Positions 49,767 through 59,445 of a stretch of DNA of 64,000 nucleotides are shown piece after piece. Source of the DNA: an uncultured Prevotella sp. Lineage in GTDB: Bacteria; Bacteroidota; Bacteroidia; Bacteroidales; Bacteroidaceae. The stretch covers positions 8,812 through 72,811 of the forward strand of contig ONYL01000007.1 of assembly GCA_900322035.1 (NCBI GenBank), written 5' to 3'. A model generated the notes under the pieces. That model did no database searches. It was not told the DNA's origin and saw only the letters and a list, made by a program, of their open reading frames with translations. The first letter of the stretch is position 1, and every line of letters begins with the position of its first letter. Both the position numbers and the translations under genes were made by a program.

Positions 49767-50667
49767 AATTACAAGTCTTCTGGTAAATCCAAACAGAATT
49801 ATCGTAGGCATTTTTAACCGTTTGTCTCCATTTATCCACGATGATGAGACAGCAGTAAGAATTGCTTATTTATTATCAATGCACAAGCGACTTCACCTAA
49901 ACCATCCACACACATTCAATGAAAAACTCCAATGGCTGAAACTGCATGACAAACATCCTGAATACACGCAAATGGTAGATAAAATCGAAGCAAAAAAAAT
50001 TGCTGCAAGAATCATTGGTGATGAGCATATCATTCCTACTTTAGGAGTATGGGATAAATTCGAAGATATCGATTTCGGAAAATTGCCCAATCAGTTTGTT
50101 TTGAAATGCAACCACGACTCTGGAGGAATCGTCATCTGCAAAGACAAAAGTAAGATGGACATTACAGAGGCAAGAAAGAAAATCAACAGATGCCTTCGTA
50201 GAAATCCCTTTTGGGCTACACGTGAATATCCATACAAAGATGTCAAACCAAGAATTCTGGCAGAGAAATATATGGTAGACCCAAACTCCACTACAGATGG
50301 TCTCACAGATTATAAATTTTTCTGCTTTAATGGTGTCCCGAAATTTATGTTTGTTGCAACTAACAGGCCAACAGATACAAGATTTGATTTCTTTGACATA
50401 TCATTCCATCATCTTCCATTTAAACAAGGCCATCCACTATCTTCTAAGCCTATAAGAAAGCCCGAGAGATATGCAGAAATGGTAGAAATAGCAAAAAAAT
50501 TGTCAAAAGGTTATCGACACGTCAGGATTGACCTTTATAATATGAGCGGAAAAATTTATTTTGGAGAATACACATTTTTTCATTACTCAGGTATGGTTCC
50601 TTTCAAGCCATACGTATGGGATGAGAAATTGGGTGGGTATCTAAATACCCCCCCCGAAAAAAAGTAA
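49750..50667 (+). CDS. TupA-like ATP-grasp fold amidoligase
   Basis: P.TFNEKLQWLK, FVLKCNHDSG, DYKFFCFNG and RIDLY...IYFGEYTF motifs. Confidence 0.92.
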   Translation: MVSKNRITSLLVNPNRIIVGIFNRLSPFIHDDETAVRIAYLLSMHKRLHLNHPHTFNEKLQWLKLHDKHPEYTQMVDKIEAKKIAARIIGDEHIIPTLGVWDKFEDIDFGKLPNQFVLKCNHDSGGIVICKDKSKMDITEARKKINRCLRRNPFWATREYPYKDVKPRILAEKYMVDPNSTTDGLTDYKFFCFNGVPKFMFVATNRPTDTRFDFFDISFHHLPFKQGHPLSSKPIRKPERYAEMVEIAKKLSKGYRHVRIDLYNMSGKIYFGEYTFFHYSGMVPFKPYVWDEKLGGYLNTPPEKK

Positions 50668-50779
50668 ATAGGCTACTCTGTAATAGTCTTCAAGGCTTTT
50701 GTATTCGATTGCCGGATAAGTCATTTCACAACTTATACAAGAGTGCGTGAATATGACTAAATCCAAAAACAATAAGACA

Positions 50780-51703
50780 ATGAATACAAAACAAATAATA
50801 GGGGATCTCAAAAATCTCGTTTTTAAGACAGCTATGGTTGTACCCGACAATCTTTATGCCCAATATACATATTTCACTTTCCGTCATCAGTTTTTGAACT
50901 TAAAACATCCGAAGACTTTTGATGAGAAAATATGGTGGTTGAAGTTCCACTATTTCAACCCTCTAATGACCCAGTGCTGCGACAAATGGAGAGTCAGACG
51001 ATATGTTGAAGATTGCGGTTTGAAAAACATTCTCAATCCTGTCTTTGGACATTGGTCCACCTTCGAAGATATTGACATAAATTCAATTCCGGACGAGGAT
51101 TTCTATCTTAAAGTAAACCATGTGTCAGGAGGTAATCGCTTATGCCACAAAAGTAGTTTTATGAAGGACAAGGAAGCCCTACGCCTTTTGTTTAATTACT
51201 GGCTTAGCGAAAATTACTACTATCACGGAAGGGAATATTGTTACAAAAATGTAAAACCCTGTATTTTGGCGGAAAAGGTGCTCAGACCATCCAACAAGCA
51301 TTTGTATGATTATAAGTTCTTATGTTTTGAAGGTGAACCGAGACTTCTTCTCTTGGATATTGGGGTTGCAAATGCAGATGGAAGTCATGCAAAAGAATAT
51401 TATAGAAACATCTATGATATGAACTTTCTTCCTATGAAAGATATGAGGGAAACAAGGGACTTCTACCACATTGACGAGATAGAGAAGCCCGTTACTTGGG
51501 ATTTCATGATTGAATGTTGCAGAAAGTTATCAAAGCCTTTCCCTCATTGTCGAGTAGATCTGTATAGCTTTGATGGAAAAGTATATTTTGGAGAGATAAC
51601 TTTCTTCCATGGTTCTGGCTGCAATCATTTCTCCCCTAAAGAAAGCGACTTGAAGTTAGGAAGTTGGATACCATTGGATCATTCGTATCCTAAAAAATAT
51701 TAA
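50780..51703 (+). CDS. Second TupA-like ATP-grasp fold amidoligase
   Basis: PKTFDEKIWWLK, LKVNHVSG, DYKFLCFEG and RVDLY...VYFGEITF motifs; start uncertain (50747-50780). Confidence 0.9.
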   Translation: MNTKQIIGDLKNLVFKTAMVVPDNLYAQYTYFTFRHQFLNLKHPKTFDEKIWWLKFHYFNPLMTQCCDKWRVRRYVEDCGLKNILNPVFGHWSTFEDIDINSIPDEDFYLKVNHVSGGNRLCHKSSFMKDKEALRLLFNYWLSENYYYHGREYCYKNVKPCILAEKVLRPSNKHLYDYKFLCFEGEPRLLLLDIGVANADGSHAKEYYRNIYDMNFLPMKDMRETRDFYHIDEIEKPVTWDFMIECCRKLSKPFPHCRVDLYSFDGKVYFGEITFFHGSGCNHFSPKESDLKLGSWIPLDHSYPKKY

Positions 51704-51844
51704 TCGCAAAGATTAGAAGCAAGTATTTCCACTCTGACAAGGCTGCAAAGGCACAGACAATGATAACCCTTTTCACGATATAGAACTTCGCATTAAATTT
51801 AAATCAATACGGTTTACTAATAATGCAGAATTAGATACTAAATT

Positions 51845-52819
51845 ATGTGCAACAGACTTTTTTATCTTGATGCATTGCGTGGCTTTGCCATGCTATGTGT
51901 GGTTATCGGACATCTTTCTCTTTTTTGTTATAAAGATGCCTCTTATTCTTCACTTGCACACATTGTGAACATTTTCCATGTAAACTTGTTTATGATGATT
52001 AGTGGTTATTTCATTGATCTTGGAAAGTTGAATATCTATAAACATCTGAAAATATTAATTCCATTTTTTATTTTCGGAGTTCCTTATGCCTATTTGAAGG
52101 GTTACTTACCTTGGGAATTCTTAGGCAATGAGACGAAAGTGGGCTATTGGTTTTTGTGGTCTCTGACGATTTATTATATATCGATAGGTTTAATTAAGTT
52201 TGCAAAAACAAACTTGGTCGTTGGAATGGTCCTTGTACAGGGGATATTCCTTCTCCTGCATTTTCTATTTCACAGAACCGTTATGGGTATGTTTATAGGA
52301 ACAGACCACCTATGGCCTCTATGGCCATTTTTCTGCTTAGGTTACTTTTTACATCATGGATTCTTTAGCTACCTTTGCAGACATAAAAAGGCAGTATATT
52401 TCTTAGCAGGAGCTACAATCATAATAGGTTCCAGTCTGGGGGAGGCATTACATTTGTTTGATCTATATTGGCCCTCCATTCTTTTACGCTTAGTTTTGGC
52501 TTTCCCTATATGCATTGTACTGATGCTGGCTTTCTATCAGGGTGAAATGAAACTAAAGGGTAAAGACTTTATAGGAAAAAAATGGCTAAAGCAGATTGGA
52601 GGTACTATAGGTACGAACACTTTACAAATCTATGTTTTACATTACTACTTGTTGCTTATTCTAAACTTGGAGATTTTAGGCGTCCTTATGATTCAGAATC
52701 ATCTTGTTGGTTTTGAATATATCATCAGCCCTATTCTTGCTATAGGAATTGCTCAAGTCTGCGTTTGGATATCAGATGTGCTGCATGGGTTACATTTTGG
52801 ATTTATGTTTGGTAGATAA
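51845..52819 (+). CDS. Acyltransferase family 3 (O-acetyltransferase)
   Basis: R..YLDALRGFAM..VVIGH, FH..LF..ISGY, YWFL and TL.IYVLH motifs. Confidence 0.9.
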   Translation: MCNRLFYLDALRGFAMLCVVIGHLSLFCYKDASYSSLAHIVNIFHVNLFMMISGYFIDLGKLNIYKHLKILIPFFIFGVPYAYLKGYLPWEFLGNETKVGYWFLWSLTIYYISIGLIKFAKTNLVVGMVLVQGIFLLLHFLFHRTVMGMFIGTDHLWPLWPFFCLGYFLHHGFFSYLCRHKKAVYFLAGATIIIGSSLGEALHLFDLYWPSILLRLVLAFPICIVLMLAFYQGEMKLKGKDFIGKKWLKQIGGTIGTNTLQIYVLHYYLLLILNLEILGVLMIQNHLVGFEYIISPILAIGIAQVCVWISDVLHGLHFGFMFGR

Positions 52820-52830
52820 AATTTGATATT

Positions 52831-53877
52831 ATGAAGATATTGGTCACCGGCGCAGCCGGTTTTATTGGGTCTAAAATAGCTTGTCTCCTCGCACGACGCG
52901 GGGACGAAGTGGTGGGAATCGACAACCTCAATGACTATTACGACCGCAGATTGAAGTGGGGGCATCTCCGTCTGCTTGGAATAGAAACAGAAAACAACGA
53001 CTTTGCACCATACGGCGAATACCATAGCCACAAATTCGACAAAGTGAGGTTCATCCCGATGTCGCTCGACGACAGGGATGCCATGGTCAGCCTTTTCGCT
53101 GGAGAGCGCTTCGATAAAGTCGTAAACTTGGCCGCTCAGGCCGGAGTGCGCTATTCGATCGAGAACCCCTATGCCTACCTGCAAAGCAACATCGTTGGGT
53201 TTCTGAACCTCCTGGAGTGTTGCAGGCACTATCCCGTAGAGCACTTGCTGTTTGCCTCATCAAGCTCGGTCTACGGACTGAACGCAAAGGCTCCTTTCTC
53301 TGAAGACGACAAGGTGGACTGTCCGGTGAGCTTCTATGCGGCCACAAAGAAGAGTGACGAACTGATGGCACACGCCTACAGCAAGCTTTACAACATACCG
53401 GCTACCGGTCTCAGATATTTCACGGTATACGGTCCTTGGGGGCGTCCCGACATGTCGCCGATGCTCTTTGCCGACGCCATCACCCATGAGCGCCCTATCA
53501 AGGTGTTCAACAATGGGGACATGATACGCGACTTCACCTATATCGACGATATTGCCAACGGTTCGGTGATGACGCTCGACAAGCCTCCTGTGGCTGCCGA
53601 ATGCCCGAATGGAGTTCCGTTCAAAGTGTTCAATATCGGTTGCTCGCACCCCGTGAAACTAATGGATTTCATTGCAGAGATCGAGAATGCACTGGGCAAA
53701 AAGGCTAAGATGGAGATGCTTCCCATGCAGCCGGGAGATGTGTATATGACCTGCGCCGACACAACGAAACTGGAATGCCAGATTGGTTATAAGCCAAAGG
53801 TGGAACTCCACGAGGGCATCAGCCGGTTCATTGACTGGTATCAGTCGCCTCAAAACCCGCTCAGATCAAAGATGTAA
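52831..53877 (+). CDS. UDP-glucuronate 4-epimerase-like NAD-dependent epimerase (copy 1)
   Basis: GAAGFIG, LAAQAGVRYS, ASSSSVYG, YAATK, YGPWGRPDM and RDFTYIDD motifs. Confidence 0.93.
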   Translation: MKILVTGAAGFIGSKIACLLARRGDEVVGIDNLNDYYDRRLKWGHLRLLGIETENNDFAPYGEYHSHKFDKVRFIPMSLDDRDAMVSLFAGERFDKVVNLAAQAGVRYSIENPYAYLQSNIVGFLNLLECCRHYPVEHLLFASSSSVYGLNAKAPFSEDDKVDCPVSFYAATKKSDELMAHAYSKLYNIPATGLRYFTVYGPWGRPDMSPMLFADAITHERPIKVFNNGDMIRDFTYIDDIANGSVMTLDKPPVAAECPNGVPFKVFNIGCSHPVKLMDFIAEIENALGKKAKMEMLPMQPGDVYMTCADTTKLECQIGYKPKVELHEGISRFIDWYQSPQNPLRSKM

Positions 53878-54108
53878 CGGACTCTGCCAATTGAGAATTG
53901 AATCAGAAGCAATAGATATTACTATTATTTAACTTTAGTGATGTAGGATGGCATCATTTTCTTTGGAATTGAAAAAAATAATCATAGACAACCTTTGGGA
54001 GTAAAAGAAAACTTCAGGCTCAATTGCTAACCGATTCTACAGTAGACTTGGTGATTAGCTTTAAAAGTTTATAGTATTGATATTTTCTTTGTGATTAGAC
54101 GAACAAGC

Positions 54109-54942
54109 ATGAGCAAAAATATTTCGACAGCCATGTCCATCTACAAGAACGATAACCCACAGTATTTGGAGATTGCGTTGGATTCGATTATTGGGCAGAC
54201 GCTCAAGCCAAAGGAAATTGTGGTTGTTGGTGACGGTCCTGTTCCGGAGGCCTTGGAAAAATGTATCCAAAGGGCGAAAGAGGCGGCAGCTGTTGAGGGA
54301 ATAGCACTAAAATGGTTGCCTCAGCCTGTAAACCGCGGATTGGGCGAGGCTCTGCGCATTGCCTGTGACAACTGCAGCTATGACTATATCGCCCGTATGG
54401 ACAGCGACGACATCAGTCTGCCAGACCGCTTTGAGAAACAGATGCGGGTGTTCGACGAGCATCCTGAAGTCGGCATGGTCGGGGGAATGATCACGGAATT
54501 CGTCGGTAGTCCCGACAATATAGTGGACAGCCGTGTGCTGCCTCTCGACAATGAAGGCATCTACCGGATGATGCAGACCCGTTGCGGTGTGAACCACGTA
54601 ACGGTGATTATCCGCAAGAGCGACCTCATGAAGGCCGGCAACTACAGCGGACGCTTTCGTCAGGAAGACTTCTACCTCTGGGCGAGAATGATGAAAAACA
54701 AGGTGGTCATCCAAAATATCCCTGATGTGGTGGTGAACGTAAGGTCCGGGGCTGACCAGTTTGCTCGTCGTGGAGGGATGAAGTATTTCCATGAGCACAT
54801 GAAGGTTTTCAAATACATGCATGATGAAGGATTGATCTCCCGACCGGTATTGATGAAGAATTACTGTCTCAGGTTTGCCCAAGTGGCCTTCCCCACACAA
54901 CTGCGAACTTGGGTATATCAGCATATTTTGAGAAAGAAATAG
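54109..54942 (+). CDS. Glycosyltransferase family 2 (AmsE-like)
   Basis: MSIYKND.P, DGP, GLG.AL, ARMDSDDIS...RFEKQ, EDFYLW and RRGG motifs. Confidence 0.92.
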   Translation: MSKNISTAMSIYKNDNPQYLEIALDSIIGQTLKPKEIVVVGDGPVPEALEKCIQRAKEAAAVEGIALKWLPQPVNRGLGEALRIACDNCSYDYIARMDSDDISLPDRFEKQMRVFDEHPEVGMVGGMITEFVGSPDNIVDSRVLPLDNEGIYRMMQTRCGVNHVTVIIRKSDLMKAGNYSGRFRQEDFYLWARMMKNKVVIQNIPDVVVNVRSGADQFARRGGMKYFHEHMKVFKYMHDEGLISRPVLMKNYCLRFAQVAFPTQLRTWVYQHILRKK

Positions 54943-55101
54943 TAAACTTATCATTATTGTTTCCAATAACAAGGCTAACAGAAATGAAAGCATGATTTCA
55001 AACTTCATACGGCCTTTCCAGGGAAGTCTAACACAAGTCAACACTTTATTCATCACTATATTTGTTTACAGAGTAAGTAATTTCTTTTAGGACACTAAAT
55101 A

Positions 55102-56139
55102 ATGAAAGTATTAGTTACCGGCGCGGCCGGTTTTATTGGTTCTAAGATAGCATCCATCCTCGCTGAGCGCGGAGATGAGGTGGTGGGAATAGACAATATC
55201 AATGATTATTACGACATCAGACTGAAGTTCGGCCACTTGGGCCTACTCGGTATCGGGCGAGGCATGGTGGATTTGGAGTGGAAAAAGGAATACCGCAGCG
55301 AGAAATTCCCTAACGTGCGCTTCTTCCGCATCTCGCTCGACGACAAGGAGGCGATGGACAACCTCTTCCGCATGGAACACTTCGACAAGGTGGTGAACTT
55401 GGCGGCACAGGCGGGAGTGAGATATTCGATTGAGAATCCGTACGCCTACTTGCAAAGCAACTTGGTGGGATTTCTGAACCTGCTGGAGTGCTGCCGCCAC
55501 TATCCTGTAGAGCACTTAATGTTCGCCTCGTCGAGTTCTGTGTATGGTTTGAACTCGAAGGCTCCGTTCTCCGAGGACGACAAGGTGGATTGCCCCGTCA
55601 GCTTTTATGCGGCATCGAAGAAGAGCAATGAGCTGATGGCGCATGCCTACAGCAAGCTCTATGGCATTCCGGCCACGGGGCTGAGATACTTCACGGTGTA
55701 TGGTCCCTGGGGACGGCCCGATATGTCGCCGATGCTTTTCGCCGATGCCATTACTCACGGCCGGCCCATCAAGGTGTTCAACAACGGTGATATGATCCGC
55801 GACTTCACCTATATCGACGATATTGCCAACGGAACGGTGTTGACGCTCGACAAGCCTCCCGTGGCTGCCGAATGCCCGAATGGAGTTCCGTTCAAAGTAT
55901 TCAATATCGGTTGCTCGCATCCCGTGAAACTGATGGATTTCATTGCTGAGATCGAGAATGCCTTGGGCAAAAAAGCCAAGATGGAGATGCTTCCCATGCA
56001 GCCGGGAGATGTGTATATGACCTGCGCGGATACGTCGAAACTGGAACACGAGATAGGGTACAAGCCAAAGGTGGAACTCCACGAGGGCATCTGCCGGTTC
56101 ATTGACTGGTATCGGTCGGAGGAGAATCCTTTAAAATAG
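55102..56139 (+). CDS. UDP-glucuronate 4-epimerase-like NAD-dependent epimerase (copy 2)
   Basis: Same motifs as copy 1; the protein is nearly identical to copy 1 from FDKVVNLAAQ onward. Confidence 0.93.
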   Translation: MKVLVTGAAGFIGSKIASILAERGDEVVGIDNINDYYDIRLKFGHLGLLGIGRGMVDLEWKKEYRSEKFPNVRFFRISLDDKEAMDNLFRMEHFDKVVNLAAQAGVRYSIENPYAYLQSNLVGFLNLLECCRHYPVEHLMFASSSSVYGLNSKAPFSEDDKVDCPVSFYAASKKSNELMAHAYSKLYGIPATGLRYFTVYGPWGRPDMSPMLFADAITHGRPIKVFNNGDMIRDFTYIDDIANGTVLTLDKPPVAAECPNGVPFKVFNIGCSHPVKLMDFIAEIENALGKKAKMEMLPMQPGDVYMTCADTSKLEHEIGYKPKVELHEGICRFIDWYRSEENPLK

Positions 56140-56220
56140 AAGGAGAGAAGTGAGGAGCTTTTGCAAACATCATCTATAAAGAGCGACAATAAATGATAGA
56201 TTAAAGAAAGTATTATATAT

Positions 56221-57471
56221 ATGAGAAACTTCGAAGATTTAAAAATAGCTGTGGCCGGCACAGGCTACGTGGGCCTCAGCATCGCCACGCTGCTGAGCCA
56301 GCATCACGAAGTGAAAGCCGTCGACGTGATTCCAGAGAAGGTGGACTTGATCAATCATCGGAAGTCACCCATCCAGGACGACTATATCGAGAAATACTTG
56401 GCAGAGAAAAACCTGGATCTCATGGCTACACTCGATGGGGAATCGGCATACAAAGATGCCGACTTCGTTGTCATTGCCACACCCACCAACTATGACCCGG
56501 TAAAGAACTATTTCGACACGCGTCATGTGGAAGAGGTCATTGAATTGGTGATGAAGGTGAATTCTGATGCCATTATGGTGATCAAGAGCACCATACCGGT
56601 TGGCTACACGGAGAGCGTACGCAAGAAATACAACAACGACAACATCATCTTTGCCCCGGAGTTCCTGCGTGAAAGCAAGGCTCTTTACGACAATCTCTAT
56701 CCCAGCCGTATTATCGTAGGACGCCCAGAGGGAAATGCGCGTCTGGACAACGCTGCGCATACGTTTGCCCGGCTCTTGCAGGAAGGAGCCATAGAAGAGA
56801 ACATCAAAACGCTCTTTATGGGTCTCACAGAGGCTGAGGCTGTAAAGCTCTTTGCCAACACCTACCTGGCATTGCGCGTGAGCTACTTCAATGAATTAGA
56901 CACCTATGCAGAGGTGAAGGGATTAAACACCAGACAGATCATTGATGGTGTGGGACTGGATCCACGTATCGGCTCGTTCTACAACAACCCCAGCTTCGGC
57001 TACGGCGGCTATTGTCTGCCAAAAGACACTAAGCAACTCTTAGCCAACTATGCAGACGTGCCCGAGAACCTCATCCAGGCTATCGTTGACAGCAATCGCA
57101 CCCGAAAAGACTTCATCGCCGACCAGGTATTGAAAAAAGCCGGATACTACACTTCCAACAGCTCGTGGAATGAGAGCAGCGAGAAAGAAGTCATTGTAGG
57201 CGTATACCGTCTGACGATGAAGAGCAATAGTGACAATTTCCGCCAGAGCAGCATTCAGGGCGTGATTAAGCGGGTGAAAGCCAAAGGCGCCAAGGTGATC
57301 ATCTATGAGCCTACACTGAAAGACGGTGACACCTTCTTTGGCAGCAGAATCGTCAACAACCTCAACGACTTCAAACAGCAGAGCCACTGCATCATCGCCA
57401 ACCGCTACGACAGCTGCCTCGATGACGTCAAAGAGAAAGTTTACACAAGAGACATCTTCCGTAGGGACTAA
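56221..57471 (+). CDS. ugd: UDP-glucose 6-dehydrogenase
   Basis: [38 protein letters not shown] and SDNFR motifs. Confidence 0.96.
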   Translation: MRNFEDLKIAVAGTGYVGLSIATLLSQHHEVKAVDVIPEKVDLINHRKSPIQDDYIEKYLAEKNLDLMATLDGESAYKDADFVVIATPTNYDPVKNYFDTRHVEEVIELVMKVNSDAIMVIKSTIPVGYTESVRKKYNNDNIIFAPEFLRESKALYDNLYPSRIIVGRPEGNARLDNAAHTFARLLQEGAIEENIKTLFMGLTEAEAVKLFANTYLALRVSYFNELDTYAEVKGLNTRQIIDGVGLDPRIGSFYNNPSFGYGGYCLPKDTKQLLANYADVPENLIQAIVDSNRTRKDFIADQVLKKAGYYTSNSSWNESSEKEVIVGVYRLTMKSNSDNFRQSSIQGVIKRVKAKGAKVIIYEPTLKDGDTFFGSRIVNNLNDFKQQSHCIIANRYDSCLDDVKEKVYTRDIFRRD

Positions 57472-57511
57472 ACGAAAGACCCTCTGAGGATTCAAATTCA
57501 AGAAGCAAGCT

Positions 57512-58372
57512 GTGATACCAGGTGTAGCGTCACTATATCAACAGATAGTCCAAGTAGCATGGAATATCGCTTTTATAGAAGAAGGATTGGACGACATACT
57601 CAAAGGATGCCCTCTGCACTTTCATTTCATGTCGCACTCTTTCACCGATAGATGGTTTGCCGATCCGTTTATTTTATCTGTAGACAATAAGCATGTTGTA
57701 CTACTGGCCGAAGAATACTCTCTAAACGAGCACAAAGGAAATATCGTGCGTCTGGTGGTAAATAGAAAGGATTACGCGCTTGATGATAGGCAGTTGATAC
57801 TCTGCCACTCATCACACGTAAGTTTCCCACAAATTGTCAGAAACGGAAATGACTTTCAAATATTGCCAGAAAATACAAGCGAAGGTAACGTTTCCTTGTT
57901 TGACTCTTCAGGCAAGCGGGTAAGCGTTTTGCTGCCATTTCCTCTACATGACGCACTGCTTACTTCGCTGTTCGGCAAACCTCAAATTTGGGGAACGCCG
58001 AATCACAATATGAGCGGTAACGAACTGGAGGTCTATGAGAAAATGCCGACAAGCTACCAATTGGTTCAAAAGATACAATTCACAGACAACATTGCACGCA
58101 ATGCTGGTGATTTCTTTCGAGTGGGGAACAGCATTTATCGCCCCGGACAGATCTGCAACAAACTATACGGAGAAGGAGTATGCTTGCAACGCGTTGAACA
58201 GAACGCCGGCGGCCTGCATTTCCGTGAGGTGAGGCGTATTCTACCTCCCTCGCCATACGTAGGCCTCCACACCTTCAATGCTTATCACGGAGTTGTCGTA
58301 ACTGACGTGCATTCCATTCGCCAAACAGCGTTTTCCAGAATGATGTTCAATCTAAGACATCAAATAATATGA
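57512..58372 (+). CDS. Hypothetical protein, GINT1 N-terminal-like putative beta-propeller
   Basis: WFADPF, H.SFP, ILPE, RNAG, RPGQ....YG and HTFN motifs; GTG start uncertain. Confidence 0.6.
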   Translation: MIPGVASLYQQIVQVAWNIAFIEEGLDDILKGCPLHFHFMSHSFTDRWFADPFILSVDNKHVVLLAEEYSLNEHKGNIVRLVVNRKDYALDDRQLILCHSSHVSFPQIVRNGNDFQILPENTSEGNVSLFDSSGKRVSVLLPFPLHDALLTSLFGKPQIWGTPNHNMSGNELEVYEKMPTSYQLVQKIQFTDNIARNAGDFFRVGNSIYRPGQICNKLYGEGVCLQRVEQNAGGLHFREVRRILPPSPYVGLHTFNAYHGVVVTDVHSIRQTAFSRMMFNLRHQII

Positions 58373-59445
58373 GGATTGCGTTTGTTATTTCCTCATTGCG
58401 GCAAGGTGGTCCCGTCACTGTCTTGGCCAATTTGACAAAGGCACTGGCCGGCCGTGGCCATACCTGCAAGGTATTTTATTTCGACGCTGGGGAAGAAGTC
58501 CGTTTCGTATGTCCCACAGAGCGCGTTCCTTTCTTTCGGCCTTTCAAGTTCTCAGACTACGACGTCATTCATGTCAATGGTATCCGCTCAAATTATTATG
58601 CAAGCATTCACATACCGCCTCGGCAACGGAGACATTATGTTGTCATCAGTACGGTACATGCCTATACTTTGGAGGAATTCTCCTTGGCTTACAGCCCAGT
58701 GAAAGCTTATCTTTTCAACCTTCTGTTTATGTGGTCACTCCGCAGGCACGACTGTGTTGTTGCTCTTAGCAAGAACATGCGCCAGTATTTGACAAAATGG
58801 ATAAAACCAGAAAAGATAACTTGGGCATACAATGGTATTGACACAGAACTCATTGACAGCATTGAGGGGACTAACTTAGGAAACTTCTTTCAGCAGGGCG
58901 ATGTACGCCTGATTTGCAATTCTGCGTTGGTGAAATTAAAACGTGTGGATCTCGCCATACGGTCGCTATGCTACCTGCCTCCGCACTTCAAGCTGTGGAT
59001 AAATGGTGACGGCCCTTTGCGACGTCAACTTGAATCCTTATGCATGGATCTCCACGTAGCAGACCGTGTTCACTTTGCCGGACAAGTGATGAATCCCATA
59101 TCGTACTTGAAGCAAATGAATGTATTTATACAATGCTCTATGACGGAAGGGTTCTGTCTGGCCATGGCAGAGGCGGCAGCATGCAGACTCAATATCGTCA
59201 GTTCCGATATCCCCGGAATGAGAGAAAAATACTCAGACAGTGAAGTGCGCTATTTCAGGATTTCTTCTTCGGATGAGGCTTCTGCACAAAGGATGGCTGT
59301 AGAGATCGTCCAGGCCAATGAACAGAAAGATCTCGGGGAACGGGCACGCAAAAAGGTAGAAGACCAATTCTCTTTGAAACAAATGGGGCTTCGCTATGAG
59401 CAGATATTCGAAAGAGTTTTGAATCAAGTAAATCACCGCAAATGA
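58369..59445 (+). CDS. Glycosyltransferase family 4
   Basis: GGP, YNGID, K.KR and S..EGFCLAMAEAA motifs. Confidence 0.9.
   Translation: MRIAFVISSLRQGGPVTVLANLTKALAGRGHTCKVFYFDAGEEVRFVCPTERVPFFRPFKFSDYDVIHVNGIRSNYYASIHIPPRQRRHYVVISTVHAYTLEEFSLAYSPVKAYLFNLLFMWSLRRHDCVVALSKNMRQYLTKWIKPEKITWAYNGIDTELIDSIEGTNLGNFFQQGDVRLICNSALVKLKRVDLAIRSLCYLPPHFKLWINGDGPLRRQLESLCMDLHVADRVHFAGQVMNPISYLKQMNVFIQCSMTEGFCLAMAEAAACRLNIVSSDIPGMREKYSDSEVRYFRISSSDEASAQRMAVEIVQANEQKDLGERARKKVEDQFSLKQMGLRYEQIFERVLNQVNHRK

Noticed and set aside
50648-50663. C8/A7 slippery tract at the end of the first TupA gene as a frameshift fusion to the second
   Set aside because: A TAA at 50717 blocks the frame of the downstream gene, so slippage would alter only the last residues.
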